Positions 1-10,767 of a DNA stretch of 64,000 bases are shown here, piece by piece. Origin of the DNA: Eledone cirrhosa (lineage: Eukaryota); NCBI GenBank assembly GCA_964016885.1, contig OZ024741.1, positions 140,120,001 to 140,184,000 on the forward strand. Reading direction: 5' to 3'. A program made the position numbers and the translations under genes. Numbering within the stretch: the first letter of the stretch is position 1; each line of letters starts with the position of its first letter. The notes below the pieces were generated by a model. It saw only the letters and a list, made by a program, of their open reading frames with translations, was not told where the DNA came from and did no database searches.

Positions 1-1958
1 AACTGGTTACTTTTCACAAAGTAATCAACTCTGTAAATGAAAATGAAGGCAGAATGTTCTGCTTGAATGCAAATGCAGGTACAAGAAAGACCTATGTCAA
101 ATAACCTATTGGATTACCTCCGATCTAAGGAAAAATTGCACTTACCACTGCCATATCTGGAATAGCAGCCACTTTGCTTCACAAAGGTAGAACTCTTCAT
201 TCCAAATGCAAGATTCCTCTCAATGTAACTCAGGTAAACCTATGCAGCAAGCTGACCTGCTATTCATTGATGAGATAATTATGGAACATAAGCATATCTT
301 TGAATGCCTTGACAGGAGCTTCAAAGATGTTCGAGATTGCAAAAAGCCATTTGGTGGTCTAACAGTATTACTATATGGTGACTGGAAGCAAATTCTTCCA
401 GTTATACGTCATGGTGCTAGACCACAAATAGTTGAGGCAACCATCAAGAGATCCTATCTCTGGGACTATGTGGAAACCATGGAGATGACAACCAATCAAC
501 GGTTAATTAATAGAGGATTCTGATGAAAGACAGTTTGCAAACTACCTTCTTGGTGTGGGAAATGGTAACATTCCAACTGTTCCAACTGTAGGTGCATTCA
601 CAATTCTTCTGCCAAATGAACTTTGTCTGGAATATGGCAATGTGTCTGGACTGTGTGATTTTGTGTATACAAATCTTCCAGGAAACTACACACACCCACT
701 ATGGCTTGCAAATAGAGCCATTATCACTCCAACAAATGATGCAGCAAGATTGGTGAATGAGTTCATGGTCAACAAGTTCCCTAGTCATGAAATAATCTAC
801 AGAAGCTCTGATACAGTAGATAATTGTTTCTACTGTTTGGCACAAGGCCAGCAATTACCCAGTGCATTACTGGTACTTTATTTTATCGACCCCGTAAGGA
901 TGAAAGGCAAAGTTAACCTCAGCGGGATTTGAATTCAGAATGACAAGGGCCGTAACTCTATGCGTCAAAGCATGGCGTCCGGCCATCTACCGATACTGCC
1001 AATCCAGTAGATAATGAACTGCAATATCCAATTGAGTTCATCAACAAACTTACCCCATCAGGTTTCCCACATACTTAAACTGAAGCAAAGCAGTTGCATC
1101 ATACTTCTGAGAAATCTGGATCCTCTAAACGAGCATTGCAATGGTACGCGCTACATTATCACCAGCTTACATAATCATGTAATTGAAGCTGAAGTGGGTC
1201 CCAATGCTGGAACAAGGTTGCTAATCCCAAGGATACCACATGTATCTCAAAAGCTTGAGTTCCCTTTTACCTTTACTCGCAAGCAATTTCCTCTCAAACC
1301 AACCTTTGCCATTACATGCAACAAGGCACAAGGGCAGACATTTGAAAAGATAGTTGTATATCTACCAACATAATTCTTTTCACATGGTCAGATGTATGTT
1401 GCATTATCACGAGTTACAGAAAAAAAAGAAATATATAAAAATATTAAATGAAAGGGGTGTTTGCTGACAACTGTGTCTACAAAGAAATTCTACAGTGATG
1501 TGAAACAGCTATCACTCTCTTTTAGTTGAAATGCATTTCAGTTTCTTTGTAACTGCTAGAAAAGGGACACTACAAAATCTTAAGAAGTATATATGTGAAT
1601 ACAGTAAAACAACAATATAGCGAAGGTCAACGCTTCATATTGGTAAATGTAATTCATTCATTCATACCAGCAGTATCTATGTTCAAATTCACTGCTTGAA
1701 GCTTCCCATCGACGTTCTCAAGATTCATGAACATTTTACGTCAACGGTTTCATCGCTTTTCCATCTCCGTTATTGGTTTTTTTTAATGTATCATGGATTA
1801 CTTTACTGATTACAGAAGTAAGTGTAACACAGTCTTTGTTCAGTTTATGTGCATATTGTCTATTTATGTATCATATCTATGGGCATATATATTTGCGTAT
1901 ATCAATATGCACACTATATACGCTAGCAGAAAACCTCCCGGGGCGGTTCTTCTGCTAG
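1..1958 (+). mobile_element. Helitron 3' part: degenerate PIF1-family helicase of RepHel (1-1498), 3' UTR, terminal hairpin and CTAG end
   Basis: Frameshifted helicase motifs: Walker A-like FCLNANAGTRKTY, SGIAATLL, LLFIDEI, KPFGGLTVLLYGDWKQILPV, LLRNL..CNGTR, RKQFP..FAITCNKAQGQT, FSHGQMYVALSRV, NCVYKEIL*. 3' end is CTAGCAGAA-AACC..GGTT-C-TTCTGCTAG (1923-1958) followed by T. Confidence 0.93.
825..1004 (-). mobile_element. tRNA-derived SINE inserted in the Helitron helicase
   Basis: A/B-box-like head and CTTTGCCTTTCATCCTTACGGGGTCGATAAAATAAAGTACCAG core on the minus strand. 11-bp TSD CAGTAGATAAT at 814-824 and 1005-1015. Removing it restores SSDTVDNELQYPIEFINKLTPSGFP. Confidence 0.93.
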
Positions 1959-3479
1959 TATATATATATATATAATTAAATATATATGACATATATAAAT
2001 ATATATTATATATATAAATATATATATACATATATATTTAATATGCTATTATATATATATATATATATATATATAAACACGCGCACACAAATATGCACTT
2101 CATATGCTATTATATACATACATTACTTAATATTTTTTCAGGCATGCATTCTTGTGATCAATTACCTTTATAGTTTTTCTTGTTTCCATTTATGTTCGTT
2201 CCTTCGTTTTTGTAAAAAATAAATACCGAGTATTGCAATGTGGAAATATTTAATAGATTTATAACTGTTTAATCCCTGAGTTTAAGTAGCACAACCACCA
2301 TTAAAACGTTGAACTATATATTATACCGTCAATATTTATAATGTACTAGAGCCTTGGTCGTCATATGACAGGTAATTTTGGATGTATACGTTTTCCACCG
2401 TTTGTGACACTAGTTATATATATTAAAATATGTACATTTATTAATAAATACAAATTATTCCATGACGACTAAAGTTCTTCATATCACTGACGTAAAAAGA
2501 GGGCAAAGTTGATTTTAAAAGAAAGAACTAGTGATTGGAGTAAAAGGAATGTGAAGAATTTGTAAAAAGAAAACTTATAGTTTCAAAGCGATATATCCCA
2601 TTTATCAAAGATGAAAGGGTGAAAAGGTAACTTAACATCGTACAAGCTCTATACGTATTAACCTTTGTCTCAGCAGAAGTCAATAATTTATGGTGAATAG
2701 TGTGAGTGTACGCGCTCCAAGCATTCATTCGTATCGCATTCGCTTCCATAACTTATTTCGCGTTTCGATCCAGTTGTATACACCTCTTTAGGAACATGTC
2801 TTCATCCTCACTGTAGGTTTCCTTTCCTCTCGCTCTCCATATATACTGACACAGATTACCTCTCAAACAGGACCATCCAACCAACATAAATATTTCGTAA
2901 CATATTGATATATTCATTTTCTTTTTTAAAAATTTCGAGAAAAAAACGAAAGAAGAAATTAAATAACAAAAGAAGGGAAGAAGCTGCGGGAATGACAGAG
3001 CCTACACCCTAGTCAGAGAGGTATCTCTCAGCTATATGTATGTTAGAAATTGACATGCTGATATTAGAGAGAATTAATCAGCAATCATAGCAACTCATAT
3101 TCCCTTCAATACGGCAGATATAGCAGATTGTAAAACTGGTATCATTTTTCGAGACAAAATTAGTTTTTAATAATATATTCATTCAATTTAGACCGTCATA
3201 AAATATGATTCTATTTTCATGAATACAATCTAATAAAGGACATGACTATAATTACCTACACTATGATTGTTTTGTGAGAGAATCCTGTCAGAACAAATCA
3301 CAAAACTACAAAATCTTTTTTACCCTCTACTTTCTTGCTGATTTATTGATTTATGCTGCTTGGCAAAGCATTTGAATGGCATAAAATACTCCCCATCGAA
3401 CACAGGGGAGTCGAACACCCACTATCATCACCTGCATCTCTCCCCCACCCCATCTCTCACCATTAGGAGCAAATGGGGT

Positions 3480-3715
3480 CCCATACGCTAGCCACCTTAC
3501 GACCCCGGTGGATAAAATAGAGAAGGCGTTTCCCCGAAGAATGGTAAGGATGATGCGTTAGAAGAGCCATTCCATCTCGTGAGGCTAAACCTACCGCACG
3601 CCAGCTCAGCGCCTATGGTTGTAAGAAGGGAGTTAGCCCTATGGCCAAGGACACCAGACGTCTCCACTTGTCATTGACTCATTAGCTTAAAGCATCTAGG
3701 TGGTATCTGGAAGGT
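3480..3715 (-). mobile_element. CRE-like (restriction-like endonuclease) non-LTR retrotransposon 3' fragment, degenerate
   Basis: Homologous to 19720-19930 (shared GAGAAGGCGTTTCCCC, AGCCATTC, GCCAGCTCAGCGCCTAT). Confidence 0.7.
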
Positions 3716-3899
3716 ATGAGGGTTAATTCCACATAGCAATCGTTAGCAAAATCTTTTTTCCGTCTTTTAAGTAACTTCACCCTATTTTATAAACCGTCTG
3801 TATACAATTTCTGCGCTCGAGCACTATCTTTATACGTATATATATATACATATACTCTGACGCTTCAAGAGCCGAAGATTCTTATTTTTGTGTGTTCAT

Positions 3900-4162
3900 A
3901 AAATAAAGACATACAGACACATACAAAAACCAAACTAATAAAACAAATCAGACATACACAGATAGAACAAACAACAACTAGTGACAAGTAAATAAACACA
4001 TAAATAAATAAATAAACACAAACACTCACAGATGTATCGCATTCGCAAACCAAGCACACAACACACAAAAACCAGATGGTGTAGGATAAAACAGAATGTC
4101 TAACGAAAGAGCTTTGAGAATATAAACAACCATCCGGTTATCGAACCAACCAACCAAACAAG
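3900..4162 (+). mobile_element. Solo 3' terminal/pLTR region of a Penelope-like element
   Basis: Reverse-complement homolog of 54948-55250, the 3' region of the GIY-YIG PLE. Ends in a (TA)n tract. The HHR core appears deleted in this copy. Confidence 0.7.
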
Positions 4163-4290
4163 ATATATATATATATATATATAGTAATAATAAATAATGT
4201 ATATATATATATATATGGTGTAGGATGATTAAAGCGTCCGTATACGGTAGGCCGTTTGAGCACTCGATGCTCTTATAGAGCAGTGTATAG

Positions 4291-4376
4291 TATCACATAA
4301 GAAACGGAGAATCCATGGTACAACTACTTAACATTTTAATTCGTCGCACCACTGATTCTCCGTTTCTTATGTGATA
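4291..4376. repeat. 23-bp perfect inverted repeat in a TA-flanked short element
   Basis: TATCACATAAGAAACGGAGAATC (4291-4313) / GATTCTCCGTTTCTTATGTGATA (4354-4376). Confidence 0.85.
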
Positions 4377-4689
4377 TATATACATATATATATATTTAAA
4401 TAAATAGAGGTGTGACACAAGAGTTGTGATATATTAGTAAAAAGGAAAAGAAAATGCTGACAAATTTTTCGCAGTGAAAAATAGTTTAATTAGGAATAAG
4501 TATAAATTAGTAACAAGTATTGGTTAGTATTCAGTTTTAGTTTTAAGGTTTTGCCGGTTACGCATTTCTAATGCTTTCAAAAATAATTTTGAGATAGAGC
4601 GCTCGTGATGTTTGCTCTAATTTGATCAGTTTTAGAAATTCTTCCTGTTTATGTGAAAAAAGTGGCTCCAGAGGTATTAAGATTTCGTT

Positions 4690-4840
4690 GGTTGTTGAAT
4701 GTCACGTGATTAAGTACTATAAATTCGCTCCAATTCGTGTTGCAAAAATTCTTGTAGTCAAAACAATTTTGATTGGTCGGTACAAGTCACGTAAATATTA
4801 AAATTGATTTTAGGATGAACTGGTTTGGCGCGAAATGTAG
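4690..4840. promoter_or_regulatory. Promoter-like motif cluster (E-box, CCAAT boxes, double E2F site)
   Basis: GTCACGTGA 4701-4709, CCAAT near 4730, GATTGG 4771-4776, GTCACGTA 4786-4793, TTTGGCGCGAAA 4824-4835. Confidence 0.4.
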
Positions 4841-6019
4841 GTTTGTCGAAGAGTGTCCTATCCCGCTTGATTGAGTTGCAGTACATACAACCCGGACACT
4901 CACACAGACTTTGGTGTTATGACAATACTATACATCATTTCACCCATTTTATTATTGTAGTTAGGCCCATTCTGTTTCCCATGTCCGTGCGAAGCTCGAA
5001 CCTTCGAACTTACGAAGCTCGTACAATAACTTCAATTACACAATGTTTCATTACATTTAAAACACTTGCCTGATTGAGCTCCTTAATTTAAGGTTGTTGA
5101 TGTTCCCTTAGTACAATGATATGAACATTCAGTCGGTATCTGAGAAATACGAAGTTCGATTCCTCGTAGCAGCCATTGGAAACATCGTTTCCTTTTTTGA
5201 GCGTCTTTACCAGTTTTTCATGAGCCATTTTCTATCAACCTACTATAGTTGCACCCTACTCCTTATATGTACATATATCCCGTTTTTATATAATCCTATA
5301 TTGCTCTAGCGCATCAATAATAATGGTGTAGTCTATAGACTGAATAATGATTCAGATACTATATAAAGTCTCGTGTAATTTATGGCTGCATTTTATTCAA
5401 AGAAAACAACTTCTAAATATACATGAATGCTTACATAGCTTGTTGGTTTCTGAAAGAATACATCATCAGTGTCAAGATCCAACAGCTTTATAGTACAGTG
5501 GCAATTTTGTTTCTATAAAAGTTCTCGAGTTTCTCTCAGCTGTATGTAATGTAAAAAAAATCTACTGCATTGCGCCAGATTCACCAGCTGTTGACCTGTG
5601 GCAAAATACTTAACGCTACGAAACAATGCCATTTTAATTGCTCAACAAATCAATATTCCGGACAGCTTAAGACAAAGTTGCGCATTAATAATTACATGAT
5701 TGATTTTTTTTCCTGTAATCGATTTATAAGTAACTTTTTTTTAATTGTCAATTTCTTTTGGAAAAGCAGAATAATTCCAGGAATTTGAATATGAAAGAAA
5801 GAAAATGATTTCACAATCCTATTTAAATAAATAAGACAGGGATTCTCTAAAGGAAAGATTATCCGAACAAACACGAAATTTCGATTGGCTATAGATAAAT
5901 AAGGAAATCGTTTGCCAAGAAGAACTAACTAAATAGACTAACAGTTCAAATTCAGAATGACTATTTAATTGGAATGTTGGAACAGAACCATACCATAATA
6001 TTATTATTTTTAGCATAGA

Positions 6020-6200
6020 CACAAGATCATAAATTGGTGATGTAGAGACATTCGATTAAATCCACTCGATATTGATTGCTACTCTTCGACCCAGACAACA
6101 TGAAAGAGAAAGTTGACCTCAGTGCGATATGAACTCATAATATAAAGAGCCGAACCAAATGCCGCAAATAATTTACCAAACGCTATAACAATTCTGCCAA
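6020..6200 (-). mobile_element. Old degenerate tRNA-SINE
   Basis: Remnant ATGAAAGAGAAAGTTGACCTC..GAACTCA..TTCTGCCAA matches the main SINE family. Confidence 0.6.
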
Positions 6201-6244
6201 ATAACTAACCTTTTTAATGTTAATAGAGGTATATGAGCTACGTA

Positions 6245-6545
6245 ACAACAATGGAACTAAAGGCGAGCGAGCCACTGCCCCCCCGTAGCAGATAAAAATA
6301 TGCAATGTGGAAATGCCTCAATCGATTAAGATATGGTGTTGGTCGTGCAAAAGCCAATCTGGCAAAATGGGGATATTTAAAGGATGGGTACGTTGTGTGT
6401 GACTGCGACATCGAACCATAGACTACACAGCACCTCCTGATATGTCCCCCGATGTAATACACCTGCACAGCATTGGACTTGGTAGAGTTTAATGAGAAAA
6501 GACAGCAATATGTTCAGCTGTTGGAGAACCATCAGATGTAAGAAG
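6245..6545 (+). mobile_element. Vingi/Ingi-like LINE C-terminal fragment
   Basis: Translates WKCLNRLRYGVGRAKANLAKWGY..CDCDIEP*TTQHLLICP, a C-terminal zinc-knuckle region of I-group LINEs. Confidence 0.7.
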
Positions 6546-7354
6546 GCCCTGATTTTGGATATATTCTAATAAATATATATGCCGTGTGTGTGAGAGGCTT
6601 CCATATTTAAAAAAAATGTGTCTATGTCTCGAATTAATATTTGATTCAGTTCGTATATGTAATATAAATACTAAACACTAGTTTGTTGAACAGTCTTGAA
6701 TCTTATCGAAATGCATTTAATGATTTAAATTGAAACATCTTAACCATACACGACCATACACGTGTGTGTGTGAGTTTCTAGGGTGATTTCAGTCAAAGTG
6801 TATGGATAACACACCACATGAATCAACATCCGTATGTGTAAAATTCATGAGTATATGCTCTGTATGTTGTTAACAGACACCGACTTAACTTGCCTTGAAA
6901 ACACCTGAGGTATTAGGAGTCTTTAAGTATGAAAGTACCAGATTAGCATGTGCGCATATTTAATATACCATACTTAATTATTTCGCGAATTGTATGTCTG
7001 GTCATTTCTTCATTAACGTGAGACTTAACTTGTCATTTACATTTCAACGTGCTGTCTAATTGGTCAATTAAACATTATTGTGCCGTCTGCCTGGACATTT
7101 ACATATCGGCATGCAGTTTACCTGGTCACTTATAATTTAGCATGTGGTCGACCCACACATTTACTGTTCGGCTTGCAGGCTACCTGTTCATTTGCTGGTC
7201 GGTATGCTGTCTAACCGACCATTTACAAATTAGTGGGCAATCTATATGCCAATTTACAATTCAACCTACCGTTTACTTGACAATAGCAGAGATAATACAT
7301 TCATCGCATGAAACGATGCAAAACCACAACTTCAGTGAAGCTCAGTAGACAGAT

Positions 7355-7560
7355 CTGGACATTACAAAGCTGTGTAGTTGACAGTTGAGCTCATTACACA
7401 TCATAAACTATGGATTCTGCATTCAGCAGCAAGGTCGGTCAATACACAACTGAACTCTTTGTAGTAAAGGAGATCATTACGCAACTAATGTCTCTGTCTT
7501 ATGACAGGTCATTATACACTGACCTCTTTGTAGTAAGGGTAGGTCATTACATAGTGTAGA
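7355..7560. repeat. Degenerate ~35-bp minisatellite
   Basis: Recurrent (GG)TCATTACA..ACTGA..CTCTTTGTAGTAA units. Confidence 0.55.
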
Positions 7561-8316
7561 TTACGGATATTACGGTAGACATCACCATATAGTGTCGACA
7601 GAGGATATGATAAATTTCATAAATTTATTATTTTATATTGTCATTTGAATTTTGTATTTACTGGCGAAGAGACAAAAGCCACTGTCTTAAATAGGAAATA
7701 TTATCTAATATATCCACTACTTTTGTAGCACAGTTGGATGTATAATTTAGCAAATGGGTCTCAACATGTTATTTTAGGTCTACGTTAGGATCTGCATTCA
7801 ATTGTAAAATATTCTAATATGGATTAACTTTTCCATTCTCATATTTCTAATGAAATGCATTGCCTTTAATATTTTTAAAGTCATCAAGAACTTTTTGAAA
7901 GCTGGTAATATGACTAACAACTTTTAATATTGCTGTAAGGCTCTAGCACGAAATATCTGATGGAATATTTTCAGATAGATACATACACCTTAGAATAAAT
8001 TTAAAACATGAAAATACCAAAGAACCAGACGTGAATTCAAGCGATTTAGTACTAAAGTTGTTAATACTTACTACTAGTCATTTAAACAATATGACGTGTA
8101 GGTAACTAAAAGCGAACTGTTGACTTCTCGGTTTGTCCGTTTTAACGTTTCACCTCGTACACACGTGACTATGAATATTCCTTAACATAATTAAATATAG
8201 CTTATTTCTTTCCCCTCTTTATAATGAACTGCTCACTTGCGTATGAATAGGAAAATAACGTGATGATATTTTTCTTTCACATAAATATTCATTTCCTGCT
8301 AATTGCCTGTTTACAG

Positions 8317-9000
8317 GAGGCATTACAGGTTTATCGGAGCTTCTGCTCGAGGAAGTATCTGAGCATGATGGGAAACGCTGAACGAATTAGTAAAATCCGG
8401 GATGTGGTTAAAAGAACTTTGTTAATTATTGATCTCCCAAGCAACTTTGATGCACCTTCACTGGTAAAATATTTTGAACCAATATCTGATGTAGACAAAG
8501 CTGAAACATTTAAAGCTTCTGAAACAAAACGTTGCGGCTACGTTATTTTTTTCACAAGAAAAGACGTTCGTAATGTTCACTCTTCTACAAAATCTGAATT
8601 TTATTCTACATGGTTTTCTGTTCGTGTTGTATTAAATAGAATTTCAGATTTTCGAAATAATGCTGACCGGAACAGAAAAGCGCCCCATGATTCTGCTTGT
8701 AAAAGTCGTGTATTTACTCCAGGAACAAATATTTCATCTTCTAAAACAACCAAGATAAGTGGCACTTTACCAGCTCATTTGCCTTCTCATACCGGTGACA
8801 ATAAACACGACTATAACATACGTTTTAATATTGCTTCGTTCAAACATTTCGGTTTGCAGTCTCCAAGAGGAAAAGTTGCTGCGCTTCTACCAGAGTTCAC
8901 TTTTATAGATATTTGTCTGTCACATTTCTTCAGTTTCTATGCTTTTGATTACCACGTTAAAACGATATCAATTTTATCTTCCTCCGACGAAGCCGTTTGA
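8317..9000 (+). CDS. Putative exon/ORF encoding a divergent RRM (RNA recognition motif) protein; host gene exon or pseudogene
   Basis: Open frame of more than 220 codons in AT-rich DNA. RNP2-like RTLLIIDLP and RNP1-like KRCGYVIF at RRM spacing. Acceptor-like CTAAT..TGTTTACAG ends at 8316; in-frame ATG at 8365. Confidence 0.55.
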   Translation, partial: EALQVYRSFCSRKYLSMMGNAERISKIRDVVKRTLLIIDLPSNFDAPSLVKYFEPISDVDKAETFKASETKRCGYVIFFTRKDVRNVHSSTKSEFYSTWFSVRVVLNRISDFRNNADRNRKAPHDSACKSRVFTPGTNISSSKTTKISGTLPAHLPSHTGDNKHDYNIRFNIASFKHFGLQSPRGKVAALLPEFTFIDICLSHFFSFYAFDYHVKTISILSSSDEAV

Positions 9001-9248
9001 ATAGGTCCAAGTATATGCTGAGGATAACGTTTCTTGTAATTAAGAGTAGAAAAGACTCTACCTGGAGCTGTATGAGAACTACAAATCTTTTATATTTAAA
9101 ACAAAAACGAAAAATGTCATCACGTTATTTATGAATTGCGAGAAATATAGTCTTGTTTACAGTATTTGTGGTACACTCCTAAACGTTTTAATATCACATG
9201 GATCCATGAAACTTGTCAGTTCTATTTAAAAGAGAAATTTAAACTCAA

Positions 9249-10221
9249 TCATATATATATATATATTCCTCACCACCATATATTACTGTGCACTGGCAGC
9301 CAATTTTAACCTTTAATGAAAGCAATCAATTTATAAATGACGGAGTTCCAATTTTAGACGAATACAGACATTACAATGACACCTGTACGCATACACGTTT
9401 GCTGAGCAGCTTTAGCGTATTTTTTCAGTCAAGGTGATGCAACGTGTAGGGAAAATGTCCGTTTAATGTATCCAAAATGATTCTTTTCGTGTTGGGAGTT
9501 TACGTAAACAAACGGTAATGCGGAAATAACTTAGGATGCTTAAAATAAATAACTTTTTTCTGATTCATAGATATAGTTTTTGCCAAAAAACTTTATTATA
9601 GCTGTGGAAAATCATACATTATTTAATTTGAATCAATCCAGTATAAATAAAATAATGTTCAAGCATGTAGTAGCCTCGAGGGAAAGTTATAGCCCACCGA
9701 TGTCTGAATTTGAGCCAGTCTAAAACCAAAAATAGATTCGAGTATCTAAACTATAGTAAAGTAAGTAGCGCAGGACTGCGTATGGTTTATAATTGTTTAT
9801 CGCATTAGTAAAATAAGTTGGATTACTTTGAATAAATAATGAATGTATATTACATAATTTATCTACTAAATTTCGTAGCTGTTCATTTAATATATTTTAT
9901 TATTTATTTAAAGATTCACTTCTTTAAAATGTTCAAATGTCAACACTTCCGGTGGCGATCGGTTAAATAAACATTAATTTTCTGTCACTAATTTTCTCCT
10001 AATGTAGTTTATAGATATCGTCTTTTTTTTTTAATGTATCATGGATTACGCTACTGATTACATAAGACAGTGTAACAGTCTCTCTTCAATTTCTGTGTAT
10101 ATTGTCAATTACGATTTTATTTGACGTATCATATATACATGTATATATACTTGCATATAATATCAATATACACACTACACATGCTAGCAGAAAACCCCCC
10201 AAAGGGTTGTATTTCTGCTAG
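9249..10221 (+). mobile_element. Non-autonomous Helitron related to the element ending at 1958
   Basis: 10025-10221 is homologous to 1778-1958 and ends GCTAGCAGAAAACCC..GGGTT..TTTCTGCTAG|T. The 5' end A|TC(ATAT..) at 9249 is tentative. Confidence 0.7.
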
Positions 10222-10582
10222 TCATGTTATCTGATATATTAGTAACATTGCAAAGCTCACTACTGATAATCGACCAACACATATTTAAACTTAGTATTTG
10301 GGTAGAATCGTTATGCCTGTTCAAAGCAACATATTATATCTGCTCTAATTAATTAATGAAATGGTTATGATTGAATATAACAATTGTATATTATTCGTGG
10401 TATTGAACTATCAACGTATTTTTAAGTGGGTTTATTTAAGTGCAAAGTATTTCGTCGCACTGGATAAGATAGCAGTCGCAACTGAAATTAAAACAAAATA
10501 TATAAATTATACTTGATTTGTCTCCAATACTGTGTAGGCTATAACGGTGTATGTGTAACTAGTGTCCAAAGTATCTGATTAA

Positions 10583-10620
<38 letters not shown>

Positions 10621-10622
10621 CA

Positions 10623-10767
10623 TGAGGGTCGGTTTGTATGCGTTAATTTCAACTCTCCTTATTAATCACTGCATTTTTTCCTTCCAGGGACTGTTGAAAA
10701 ATGAACATCATTTGGTCATTCTATGACGGTATTTTGGTCAGCCTATGAACCTTTCACTCGACCTTCG
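10623..10767. mobile_element. Tc1/mariner-type MITE
   Basis: Imperfect TIRs TGAGGGTCG / CGACCTTCG, right end followed by TA, next to (TA)n. Confidence 0.55.

Noticed and set aside
4236-4290. HHR-like remnant on the minus strand
   Set aside because: Both core segments altered (CTATAAGA, CAAAC).
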